Source: Octopus vulgaris
Taxonomy: Eukaryota
Assembly (NCBI GenBank): GCA_951406725.2
Contig: OX597826.1
Location: 6,820,001-6,884,000 of the forward strand
Reading direction: 5' to 3'
DNA length: 64,000 bases
Shown here: piece after piece, positions 12,655-25,713 of the stretch
Layout: each line of letters begins with the position of its first letter
How positions within the stretch are numbered: position 1 is the stretch's first letter
The notes under the pieces: model-generated
What the model was told of the DNA's origin: nothing
Databases searched by the model: none
Seen by the model: only the letters and a program-made list of their open reading frames with translations
Made by a program: the position numbers and the translations under genes

Positions 12655-13592
12655 ATGCACTGTTATTAGTACTATGATCGGTAGAGTGTCGAACAAAACT
12701 GTTTGCGTTAGTTTTCCTAGTTGATTATATCCTGAGTTCAGATTCCACCAAGGTCAACTATAGTTTTTATCCTATTCAGATCGAACAGATAGAACCACTG
12801 ACTATTTTGTGGATCATTTTAGTCAGCGTGGAACAAAGTCGTTTTGCGTTAGTTTTCACTGTTGCTGACGCTCTAAGCTCAAATCCCACCAAGGCCGACT
12901 TTACTTTTTTATATTTTGGGAACGAGATGATAAACTCCCAGTCAAATACTGTGGACTGATTTAGTCGATTAAACTTCCTTTCCCATGAGAATTTCACATA
13001 TTATGGTTAAATTAGAAGCAAATATAATTTAGAGTCGTGAAGGCTTCGAACTCGCTGAATCGTTAGAGTCAGAAAAAATATCTAACGGAATTATTTTTTA
13101 ACTATTTACATTCTAATTTCAAATTTAAGCTAGATCGAATTTACAGTTCATCCTTTCAGGGTCGGCAGATTAAAATACCACAAATTATGAGGTTATAGTA
13201 CCACTCCCCAAAAACGTCTGGCCTTGTGCCTAAATCGCTAATAGATTCTTAAGTCAGTGGGGTTGGCAGAGTCGTTAGAGTCTTGTACAAAATGGATAGT
13301 GTTATTTTCAAGTACAAATCAAGTACAACTCGATTTCCTCTAGTTTTAATGTTGTTGTTGTTGTTGTTGTTGCTGTTGCTGCTACGGCTGTTGTTGTTGT
13401 TGTTGTTGTTAAGGCGGCGCGCTGGCAGATCGTTAACATGTTAAGAAAATACCTAGTGCCATTTCTTCCGGCTTTACCTTCTGCGTTCCGACGATGTCGA
13501 CATTGTCTTTTATCCTTTCGGGTCGATGAAATAAGGATCAATTGAGGACTGCCTGCACGATTTCAGACCTTGTGCCAAATATAGAAATAATT
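12655..13592 (+). mobile_element. Cluster of ~5 degenerate family B SINEs in the same orientation
   Basis: Recurring GAGTTCAGATTCCACCAAGGTC, GCTCAAATCCCACCAAGGCCGACTTT, TTCATCCTTTCAGGGTCG, GGCAGAGTCGTTAG, GGCGGCGCGCTGGCAGATCGTTA. Confidence 0.75.
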
Positions 13593-13977
13593 CATTTCTT
13601 TTAAAGTGTTTCAGCTGCATCACAAACTCTACACTATGTTTCAGAGTAGAGGGGAGATGGGAATTGGAAATATGCGTCACCAAGCGGATACAAGTACAAG
13701 CTAACAGGAGAACAGTAAGTTTCAGTGTTTGCTGTCCGAACATTAACACCGGTCAAATCTCCAGATGTAGTGGACGGGACAGATAACCATTAATAAATGG
13801 AGTTTGATGCAGTGGAAGGAGGTAGAAAGAGTGCGAGAAAGAAGAAAGCTGAGCAGAACCAAAAGGAGCCTGGACGCTAGAATAGGATCGTGGCACAGTC
13901 CGCGTTTCAATATTTCATTAATTCAAGAAAGAAATACGAAATTAAGGTGCAATTTATAGGTAAGATGACCAAGAATT

Positions 13978-14782
13978 CTTTTCTATTCTAGGCACAAGGC
14001 CCGACATTTTTAGGGAGGGGACCCACAGTCGATTAGATCGATCCCAGTACGCAACTGGTACTTAATTTATCGACCCGAAAGGATGAAAGGCAAAGTCGAT
14101 CTCGGCGGAATTTGAACCTAGAACGTAAATACATGAAATACTGCTAAGCATTTCGCCCGGAGTACTAACGGTTCTTATTTCTTTATTGCCTACAAGGGGC
14201 TAAACACAGAGAGGGCAAACAAGAACAGACAAACGGATTAAATCGATTATATCTACCCCAGTGCGCAACTGTTACTTATTTAATTGACCCCGAAAGTATG
14301 AAAGGCAAAGTCTAGCTCGGCGGAATTTGAACTCAGAACGCGGCAGACGAAATACCTATTCATTTACTACCCACAAGGGGCTAAACACAGAGGGGACAAA
14401 CAAGGACAGACAAATGGATTAAGTCGATTATATCAACTCCAGTGCGTGACTGGTACTTAATTTATCGACCCCGAAAAGATGAAAGGTAAAGATGACCTCG
14501 GCGGAATTTGAACTCAGAACGTAACGGCGGACGAAATACCTATTTCTATTTCTTTACTACCCACAAGGGGCTAAACACAGAGAGGACAAACAAGGACAGA
14601 CAAACGGATTAAGTCGATTATATCGACTCCAGTTCGGAAGTGGTACTTATTTAATCGATCCCGAAAGGATGACAGGCAAAGTTGACCTCGGCGGAATTTG
14701 AACTCAAAACGTAACGGCAGACGAAATACTGCTAAACATTTCGTGCGGCGTGCTAACGTTTCTGCCAGCTCGCCGCCTTCAC
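13978..14782 (-). mobile_element. Tetrameric family B SINE under one TSD
   Basis: Four head-to-tail units; 15-bp TSD AGATGACCAAGAATT at 13963-13977 and 14783-14797. Confidence 0.92.
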
Positions 14783-16262
14783 AGATGACCAAGAATTGCG
14801 TTACGAAGATGTCATGTGGAGTGAATTAATACATCTTATTTTAATTTTTGCATACGTTCAAAGACTTTTCATTTTTGTATAGGCGTAGATACATAATACT
14901 TCGATATATATCAGAGCAGCAGACACTAATATAATTTCCTAATGTTTTATCCTCCTTGTCATAATTACTATCTTAATCTGTCAGAATGAATTATTTAGAG
15001 GATTATGTATATTTAATTCCTGCGAATATTTTTAATAAAACTTTTTCGTATTTACACCGTATTTCTATATATTTACTCATATCACTTTTTTTCTAAAAGA
15101 TGAATGTTTCTTTGCTTGTCTTGGGGTTGATCTACAGTTTCTTCATATCTGTACAAGTAAATATTAACTCTGTTTGTATATTTGTGTGCGCACCAATCGT
15201 TTTTATCACGAGTAATTACTCATTTATGTAAACATATTACTAAAGATTAAGACATGTCTCAAAATAAACAATTGTATTTTGTATAGGTAGTCAGGAACAT
15301 ATATCGAAATATGCCCTTTACGGTAATAACTACATTAAAGCGTAAATCTTTAATGAAACATAAATTTGTTAGAGCCAAAGACCTCGATGATTGTGACCAA
15401 TTCACTTTCCGTGTACATATCCACAGGAATGATTTCTTTTATCAAGGCCAATACATAACCATAATATAATAAAAATGGACATTTAAAATATGTGAAAAAA
15501 AGTTATAAACTATGGTATTTAAACACAAAATTAAAGTCAGAGCAATATTTGAGTATCAGTACGTCCGTTTATACACCAGTTTTTTAAGATAAATTGTTAG
15601 CTAACTGAGTTAAAAGAGATGATAAATGTAATTGCATAGCAAGATGCAAGCATTTCACTTGAAACTAATCTTAATTTTCGGCAATAATGCAAGTAGCAAT
15701 GTACATAGAGAGGTTCGTTTCCAAACGGACGAGACAGACAATGCCAGTTTCTAATGTGGAAGCACTGCTAAAAGTAAGTTATCCAAATGACTCAATCGGG
15801 AAAAATACCTGCTTAGTAAATCTTTGAAGCCAAGAGGAGCATCACATTAAAGTGTGTTCAACATTTACATTGCAAGATATGTATTATACTTTGCTGAACC
15901 CTCGGAAGAATGAATAGAAGTGTGATTAGACTTATAGCTAGATGCATGTTTGTATTGTAAAACTGGGAAAAAGCAAACAACAAGCGAATCATGGTGCGTC
16001 ACATATGCCATACAGTGGCTTCGCAATGCAGTGACTTCGACACCGACATTTTATGTGAATCAGGGTCACGGATATTGATAATATTGTCAGTTCTTGTCAA
16101 ACTTTGATACTCTCTGAGAAAATGCTGACAGCGAAGATGGCCAAAACAGATATGTCTCAGCTGACATCTCATACACATATAATTTTGAATGACTCACAAA
16201 GACTGGATAAAATTGTTTTCGAATGTAATTAATTAAAATTTTATATCTCCTACTATGAAAGA

Positions 16263-16430
16263 GAGGCTAGGTGGCAGAATTGTTACTTTCACGGCATTTC
16301 GTCGGCTTTCACGTTCTCAGTTCGAATTCCGCCGAGATCGAAATTGCCTTTCCCAGATGAACCCTGGGATTGATTTAATCGATTTAGCCCCTCTCACTAG
16401 CCTGCTGGCCTTGTGCCAAAATTTAAAACT
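16263..16430 (+). mobile_element. Degenerate family B SINE
   Basis: GGTGGCAGAATTGTTA..CGGCATTTCGTC..TTCGAATTCCGCCGAGATCG..GGCCTTGTGCCAAAATTT. Confidence 0.75.
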
Positions 16431-16982
16431 ATTCTGAAAGAAAATTGAATAATGCGATTTTAATATCGTCCGCTACTGTTAAGAACATATATATTTCATA
16501 ACCCCACTCCGTTTAAAACAAAATACTTCGATGAAATTTATAACATCTGGAATTATGGTTATCTTGATATTTATTTGTAATAGTGAAGTCTGTCAAATAT
16601 ATGGACATTCCGTTTTTGTGATAAACCGTTTATTCTGAATATTTCAGAGCGTTTTATTGTTTTTAAGATAATATAACTAGTGTGAGTGGTTTATACTATT
16701 TTTATTATATATGTGTGGGCGCATGCGGGTGAAGTGGATAATATGCTTGAATGTGTATGTGTATGTAAATGTGAATGTGAATGTGTATGTGCTAAATATT
16801 CCTCCGGTTATATTTTCCAAATTTTTCACTAAGTCAGAGAGACAGTCTGTGGCACAGAAACAGGATTTTATCATCGTAATTTTTATAATTTAATGTGCAG
16901 TTATAGAGGTTGTCCATAGATGACCTTTAGAAATTGTGAAATTTGTGAAGATAATTTAGGGACAAACACTATATATTTATCG

Positions 16983-16986
<4 letters not shown>

Positions 16987-17081
<95 letters not shown>

Positions 17082-17331
17082 GCATATATATGTATGTGTG
17101 TGTGTGTAAGTATATATGTATGTGATATAGTGGAAATGTATTAGGGTTTAATTCGTACACGCCTTCCAATAGTAGGTGATAATATTAAGAAATAAAAAAA
17201 AAAATCAAAGGTAAAATACTATCTTTTATGTCTAAAACTAGAACGAACCTGTCAACCTGTGATATCTTTGTACATATAAATAGAGATAGACAGACAGACA
17301 GACGGACAGACAGACAGACAGGCAGGCAGAC

Positions 17332-17412
<81 letters not shown>
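16987..17412. repeat. (TA)n tract (16987-17075) and (GACA)n/(GATA)n tract (17285-17412)
   Basis: Direct reading. Confidence 0.95.
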
Positions 17413-17679
17413 TACAGGCATATATATGCGGGTTGGCCGAGGCAGAGATCAAAACTAGAACTCAGAGCCTGAATACATATATTTTTCTATGATTAAAGTT
17501 ACTGAGTGGCTCAATGATCGAGATTTTCATGCATTGCCACTGAAATTAGTTACAATTTCTGCAGACTACAGTTATACAGAGCGCTGTCAATAAACGGATC
17601 TCTCCTTCCTTGAATCACTTTCTGACTTCTTTCGTTCAATACTATTATAATATGCAAAGACACACGCATACATAGTATA

Positions 17680-17740
<61 letters not shown>

Positions 17741-18789
17741 TCTGTTTGAATGTATGTATGTATGTATGCGTGTACGTTGTGCGTATGTGTGATTGTGTGC
17801 GTGCAATTTATGAATTTCTCGAGATACGACCTTATCAAATGCATTTTAAATTAGAATTTTGTTAAATATCTCACAATCGCGTGTCTCATTTTTTTTCTTT
17901 ATCGTGTATTTTAATTTTCAAAACCTGTTCCTCTTTCCATCAATAGAGGCACAGAATTTTACATATTTTTGCAATTTTTAAAAAATATTTGAATTTTATG
18001 GCCACAAACTATTTATATTTTTACAACTATGCATGAATATATTTCTTCCATGCAGCCTTTATATCAATTCGAAATCATACAAATTGATATGAATGCGTCG
18101 GCATGCAGCAATTGACTTATAAGACATTGAAGCGAAATAATGATAAATATCTAAACTTGGTTTTGTCCTAAATGTGTTTTCATATCTCTTCCTCTGCCAT
18201 TAACATTTTCCCAAGATAAGAATACTGAGTCATAATGCATAGCGAAGTGAACTATATTACATCATATTACTAATTAGATATTTCGGGAATATAGCGACAA
18301 TAAATCTTCATTTTGTCGCAGTTATAATTTCTCTAAATGGCGGTTTTAATATATACGTATATATATTCGATAATTCTTATATAGAGATATAACGCCATTT
18401 TTTTTCTTAAATTATTTGAACTCTTATGTATTACCCTTCATTTATATTGACGATTAATAATTATTTTCATTTAATTTAAATGACAGATGCAGAGATATAT
18501 AAATGTCTATATACATATATATGAGTGTATATATATGAGTGTATGTATGTGTGTGTGCGTGCGTGTGATATAGAGATACATACAGAGGGAACGATATAAA
18601 GGAACAACCTGGCCTATATATAAAAATATTTGCACATACATGTATATATGCATGTATACATATACACAACACACACACAACACACACATAGAACACTCAC
18701 GCACAAACACACAGGCACATATACACACAAGAATGCACATATACACAGATACAGCAGGAGGAGATACAAATAATTCCCCGTAGATATGC

Positions 18790-19222
<433 letters not shown>

Positions 19223-19772
19223 TTGTATTTAAATGTAGTAAGCCATAGCCAAATACATCCATTAGTAATCTAAAGAGTATTAATGATGTAAATAATGTTC
19301 GTTATAAAGAGAACGCATAACCTTAGCCCATATTTCTTCAGTCTCCTACTTACAACTATAATTTCCTCGACTGAAATTCTTTCACTTTTGCTATATTAAT
19401 TGGTGAAAGTTTAAATCTTGTAATCTACCACATCTACACTCTGTGAATTCACATCTTGTCGTCTAGCGGTAATTATATGTCGCAAAAACCATTTCTATTG
19501 TTATATGACCTCGAAAGACCTCCATTTTCATGTTGTAATTTATGTTATGATTTAACTGAGCACCTTTTTGATATATTTCCCGCACTCCTCTGAGAAATGA
19601 TTACTTACTGTCCCAGACTAATGCACTATTTTCGGCTCCGTTTGGAGTGCATTGACGACGCAGCGATTGAGATATGCTCCGGTACTAAATGTTATCGAAA
19701 TAGGATAAAGTTGCTGTTGTTGCGATTATTATTATCATTATTATTATTACTATTGTGATTATTATGATTATT

Positions 19773-19814
<42 letters not shown>

Positions 19815-19840
19815 GCTGTTCTTGCTGCTGCTGTTGCTGT

Positions 19841-20205
19841 TGAGCGAGCGGTGTTCGTCCCAGAGATCGCAAGATGGGAGAAGTCCGAAACACGGTCCTT
19901 TGCTATTCGTAAGACCCGCAGAAGAGAAAGCAGGTCAACCCCCGATACCGAGAGCATCGACGGATGGATGAATGCGTATCCAGGCTCAGCGGTTGCGTAG
20001 GAAGTCGGGGAAAAGAAACAAGCAGAAAGAATGACAGAAATTTGGGGCGAAAGAGTACAACAGGGGTTGCCACCACCCCATTCCGGAGCATCGTGGAGCT
20101 TTAGGTGATTTCCCTCAATAAACACACAACGCCTGGTCTGAGTATCGAAACCGCGATCCTCCGACTGCGAGTCCGCTGCCCTAGCCATTGGGCCATTGCG
20201 CCTCC
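19841..20205 (-). mobile_element. tRNA-derived SINE, body C with tail T2, ending in (CAA)n
   Basis: Head/body nearly the same as 6830-6983, unrelated 3' half; embedded in GTT/GCT repeats. Confidence 0.88.
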
Positions 20206-20336
20206 ACTGTTGTTACTGCTGCTGTTGTTGTTGCTGTCGTTGTTGTTGTTTTTCTTCTCAGAGTGTTCGGTCGTGTTTGCTCAGGCTTGATTCTGTGAGA
20301 GCGGACAGCATCTGTTGTCAGAGGTCTCACGGGGTC

Positions 20337-20556
20337 TGCCGAGCTGGCAGAATCGTTAGCACGCCGGTTAAATAATTCAGCGGCATTTCATCCATCTTTA
20401 CCTTCTGAGTTCGAACGCCACCAGGACAGGATTGACTTTGCCTTTCATCATCTCAGGTTCGATAAATTAAGTAACAGTGAAACACTGGAGTCGATGTATT
20501 CGATCCATCCTCACCCTTCCCCCAAGATCGCTGCCCTTGTGGCAAAATTTGAAACT
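20337..20556 (+). mobile_element. Family B SINE
   Basis: GAGCTGGCAGAATCGTTAGCACGCCGG..GACTTTGCCTTTCATC..GATAAATTAAGTA..CCTTGTGGCAAAATTTGAAAC. Confidence 0.85.
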
Positions 20557-20738
20557 GTAATTTCCTTTATGCTCTTTAATCCTTTTCCCAAAGACCCAAC
20601 AATAATTGGAACTATCTTCGTCTTCATTTTCCATAGCCGAGCTATTTCCAACTTAAGAGGGTTGTATTTATCGATTCCTTCGCCTTCTTTCTTAACTTTT
20701 CGTGTGTGACAGGGGCATGCAGCATCAACAATATACCA
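20557..20738 (-). mobile_element. R4/Dong-like non-LTR retrotransposon fragment (restriction-like endonuclease domain)
   Basis: WYIVDAACPCHTRKVKKEGEGIDKYNPLKLEIARLWKMKTKIVPIIVGSLG fits the D.A.P.D...KE.EK..KY..L..EI..LW...IVP.VIG.LG motif; 5' junction in (AAT)n. Confidence 0.85.
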
Positions 20739-20814
<76 letters not shown>

Positions 20815-21210
20815 TTTAATATTATTATTATTATTGCTCCGGGAGAGAGTGATAGGAGTGTAAGTCTCTCTCGTGACCTCATTATACGACGGAAACGTAT
20901 CAATGTGTCTAGGATTATCTCTCTACGGTATCTCCTACTGAGGAGAACTAAAGTCCGTTCGAGGGAAGCCCTGAGCAGATATGGAGTTTTTACATCTTTT
21001 AGAGGAGAATATTTTTAGATGAGAATACATCATAGACGAGAATATTTTTCTCTACAGTATCTGCAGTGAATTAGCCTTTAAATCTTAAAATATTTCACAA
21101 GCATATTCTGACTAACCGAAAGTTTGTTCATTCCTTATCACTGCTTACTGCTAATACTATATTGTTTATGGTGACCAGGCAGTCTCCAAACACAATCAGT
21201 CACTAATATT

Positions 21211-21693
21211 CTTTTCTCTTCTACTCTAGGCACAAGGCCCAACATTTTTGGGGACGGGACCAATCGATTAGATCGACTCCAGTACGCAACTGCTACTTAA
21301 TTTATCGACAGTGAAAGGATGAAAGCAAAGTCGACCTCGGCGAAATTTGAACTCAGAATGTAAAGAATGTAAAGAATGTAAACAAAATACCTATTTCTTT
21401 ACTACCCACAAGGGACTAAACACAGGGGACAAACAAGGACAGACAAACGGTTTAAGTCGATTATGTCGATTCCAGTGCGTAACTGGTATTTGTTTAATCG
21501 ACCCCGAAAGGATGAAAGGCAAAGTCGACCTCGGCGGAATTTGAACTCAGAACGTATAGGCAGATGAAATACCGCTAAGCATTTCACCCGGCGTGCTAAC
21601 GTTTCTGCCAGCTCGCCGCCTTAAAGAATGTAAACGAAATACCGCAAAGCATTGCACCCGGCATGCTAACATTTCTGCCAGCTCGCCGCCTTT
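21211..21693 (-). mobile_element. Family B SINE dimer with duplicated head under one TSD
   Basis: TSD ATCA(G/C)TCACTAATATT at 21195-21210 and 21694-21709; two heads (ending ~21622 and ~21690) and two bodies with different tails. Confidence 0.9.
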
Positions 21694-22497
21694 ATCACTC
21701 ACTAATATTGACACTTATAACATAAAGATATGGTTTTACAGTCTGTCTGGAGTTACCTCTCTTTGGTATGTAGGACTAAGGAATGTTAAACATCCAGAAC
21801 AAGCCCGGGATTCAGCTAGACGGAAACACAGGGCAGATATAATGTTTTACACCTTATTATACGAGATATATCGTTCTTCGCGGTAACTATAGTGAATTCA
21901 TGCTTAGAAGTTAAAATATGTCAGAAACATATTTTAACTAAGCAAAAAGTCCGTTTATTCCTCACCAATGCTTAGCTATGTTAGTAATGCATAACTGTTT
22001 ATTGTTTTATATCAATTTTTTATTTCTTAATTCATATTTTTTCTACTTAATTTTTTATTAAATATATTAACAGGAATTCACTAATTACAGTTTAATGTTA
22101 TTTTATTGTAAGTGCAACAAACGAAAATACAAATGTATTTTAGAATGAAGCTTAATATGTCAAATCTTAATTCCGTATGATCTGAGTTTATTAACGGATG
22201 GTTTATTAACAGATGAGTAAATTAGTAAAGGAAGACAGGATTGTTTGCACGCCTGACAAAATGCTTAGCTGCATTTCGTTCGTCTGTACTTTCTTAGTTC
22301 AAATTCTGTCGAGGCTGAATTTGACTTCTATCCTTGCAAGGGTTGATAAAATAAGTATCGGTTGGGCATTGTGTTCCATGACCACCCGTAGCCCCATCTG
22401 ACATAATTCCAGGGCTTGTGCCTTTCATTTAAGAATTTTTATGATGAAATAATTGTTACAAAAACAGTCATATTATTTACATTATTTACACATCCCT

Positions 22498-22820
<323 letters not shown>

Positions 22821-23799
22821 AATCAAATATCATTCGCAAAGACACTCACTGAAAAAAAGACGTCAAATAATTTCAATTAAGTATTCATGCATTTGTAAGT
22901 TCAAACCAATGAAAGTACTGTTGTTTGTTCAATATACTACTAGTAACCATGTAAATTACATTCTGTTGGAAATAAAATATCTCTTCTGTGATATCAGTAG
23001 AAATATATCACACTCTGGTTTACCAATTCTCAACGGTCTTCAAATTTCTTAAAAGTTATAAATACACAATAATTAATCGCAAACTATCAAAGAACATCTT
23101 TAATTAAATTAAAAATTAAAACACTTTTGGCTGTTCTTTTCATGTGTTTACCTCTAAAATCTATTTTGTACATTCCTGGTGCAAAATGAGATTTTAAAAA
23201 ATAACATTATTTAATTTGTTAAATATTTGCTGTATTTTCTTCCAAACCTCATGGCGTATTGTCACAGTTTTGACGAAACTTGTATAATTCAATTTCGATG
23301 TAAGTCTCAGGTTTATTTCCGCAAGTTTTGAAATGATGTTTAATGTATGTGCGATTCTAAGCTTTTACGAGTGTTTATCCTTGGGGGTGAGCCCATACAG
23401 ACAGGAGCTTAGAGAATGCAAAATGTTATAACCTCCGTCTAACCACCCGGAAAAAAGTAACATAAATGAAGTTACCCCCGGTGGAACACTTGTAGATTGA
23501 CTAACATATGGTTACGTCTACCTAAATTTAAAGTTTATCAAGTTTATCAACCTCGAACAGAAAGATATGGTGGCTCTAATATTTTTTTTGTTTTGCACGA
23601 AAACCAGTTTTGAAGGGAGGGATTAGACAATACTAGCAACCCCGGCACTTGTCTTCTACAATATCTTATCTTTTCTGAAAGATGAAGAGTGAAGTTAAAC
23701 TGAAGCAGGCAGATAACGTCCAAGTTTCAGAACGGAACCCTGTTTGCAGCTTGTCGATTACAGCAGAATACACCACTAATAATTTCAATACGCTGATCA

Positions 23800-24075
23800 C
23801 CATGTTATTCTTGTGGTCACTCTCATTTTGCGACAGTGTTCCCTATTCCTCCGATTCATACCACCTTCAAGCAAAAGTATTCAGAGCAATAATCGTCCCT
23901 TTCTTGTCATTCTTCTTGCCTCCCAGAACCTGACGTTACAGTAGCTACATCATCCCATGTTTCCTCCTTACAGAATCAAGCTCATAAATTTGCTTCATGT
24001 TCATTTTCCTTTTACCAAAAGACATCAACGCACAGCTTCTTAAAGCTTCATGCTCGTCAATAGTGTCTCAAGGCC
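23800..24075 (-). mobile_element. Possible very old R4-like RT-region fragment
   Basis: Minus strand QVLGGKKNDKKGTIIALNTFA resembles the (K)ILKS.LN..N.I.AINT(F/W)A motif of RLE-type elements; heavily decayed. Confidence 0.3.
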
Positions 24076-24157
24076 TTCAATGGTCATTGTTATAGTCTAC
24101 CTTCACATACCTACACAATAAAAGGAGGATCTACCAAAAACAGCGTAGATTTTGCTG

Positions 24158-24227
<70 letters not shown>

Positions 24228-24253
24228 GAGGAGGAGGAGGAGGAGGAGGAGGA
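24158..24253. repeat. (TAG)n(GAG)n microsatellite
   Basis: Direct reading. Confidence 0.97.
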
Positions 24254-24824
24254 CTGAGATGTGTGCGTTCTGCCATTAATAGCGCAACCAGACGCAAAGC
24301 CATACATCCGTACTTATTTATACATGCTCAATTATAGATATGTTATCTAGACAGATTTTTACATATGGAAAGGGTAGAAACTTTCGATCGATATTTCAGA
24401 AACGATAAACTCGGACACGAAGAAATGATCAGCGATAAGATATTCTTGACTCTCATAACTTCCTCTGCTATATTCTAAAATAAAAAATAAAAAAACAGAA
24501 AGAAAAACGAAAAATATACGCTTATATCATTTTTTTATTCTAATTTCAGATGATTTATTTTTCTCGCGCATCAATATTTCTTTCTGGTGAGTTATTATTG
24601 TTGCTGTTTCCGCTCTTTCTTCATCACTTATCCTAGACTTCTCACTCTATTTACGGACCCAGTTCTGGGATTTATCATAGTTACATGCAATTATTTTATA
24701 ATATTATGGTTGTGAACCGGATAGCAAAACATCATTGACTACATACATCGTTATGTATGTGTGCATATATATATATGTAAATAAATATATGAAGAGATAG
24801 ATAGATATGTATGTATGCATGCAT

Positions 24825-24892
<68 letters not shown>

Positions 24893-24949
24893 CTATATAT
24901 GTATATAATTATATATGTATGTATGTATATATGTGTGCGTGTGTGTGTG

Positions 24950-25170
24950 TAGAGGGTGTCCCAAATTTAAGGCAACCAATTTTTATAAATATTGTTATAT
25001 TTCGGGGCCAAGCATTGCAACGCAATTGCAAATGCGACAATTAAGACACTAGTCTTAAGTCTAGGTGCGAGGCAGCTGTTCTTGCGGAGTCGAAGCAACC
25101 TTCCTGGCGCAGTTTTGCTTTCAGAATGTCGAACGAAGCATGAAGTGAACTTCAGACCCACGCTTCCTAA
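24950..25170 (+). mobile_element. Possible left end of a Tc1-type element/MITE
   Basis: TA-GAGGGTGTCCCAAA resembles TA-CAGGGTGTCCCAAA termini; partner TIR not found. Confidence 0.35.
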
Positions 25171-25236
25171 ATGAACCAAACAGAAATATCCAACTAGTTG
25201 ATTAAAAGCGTGTGTATGCGCGTGAGTGTGTCCCAA

Positions 25237-25345
25237 GGGCATATGAGTGTAGTAGTTATGAACGTGGGCTACTAACCCCAAGATTCTGAGTTCGATTCCA
25301 GGCAGTAATCTGAATGATAATAATAATAGTAATAATAATAAAAAC

Positions 25346-25400
<55 letters not shown>

Positions 25401-25454
25401 GTAATAATGATAATAATGATAATAATAATAATTATAATAATGATAATAATAATA

Positions 25455-25522
<68 letters not shown>

Positions 25523-25713
25523 CAACAACAACATGGAAAAATATCTTAGGAATGATAACCCATGTTCGAAATTTCGCCAAAACACCTGATGAAGGATGGA
25601 GGGTATACCAGCCGAAACATTATGTTAACAACGAACAAGATGAGGACAAATAGCCATCAAATGTAAATAATGTAAATAATGTACATAATTTCTTATCTCT
25701 TAAATATAAAATT
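25237..25713 (+). mobile_element. tRNA-Ile-like SINE family D with internal (AAT)n and hammerhead-containing tail
   Basis: B box GTTCGATTCC at 25290-25299, (AAT)n 25312-25530, tail with CTGATGA...GAAAC and AATGTAAAT repeats; homologous to 22498-22820. Confidence 0.85.
25581..25626 (+). ncRNA. Minimal type I hammerhead ribozyme-like motif (decayed)
   Basis: AACAC-CTGATGA-A-GGATGG-AGGGTATA-CCAGCC-GAAA-CATT-ATGTT: intact core, stem II 5/6 pairs, stem I 4/5 pairs. Confidence 0.7.

Noticed and set aside
13620-13900. Purine-rich stretch (also 32800-33500) possibly an ancient minus-strand LINE
   Set aside because: Only faint motif resemblance; cannot be supported without a profile search.
15686-15779. 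Short plus-strand frame ending at GTAAGT (similar weak candidates at 11359-11423 and ~26900-26945)
   Set aside because: Such splice-like matches are expected by chance in 64 kb; no homology.
19685-20188. 167-aa ORF
   Set aside because: Runs through a SINE and its (CAA)/(TAA) tail.
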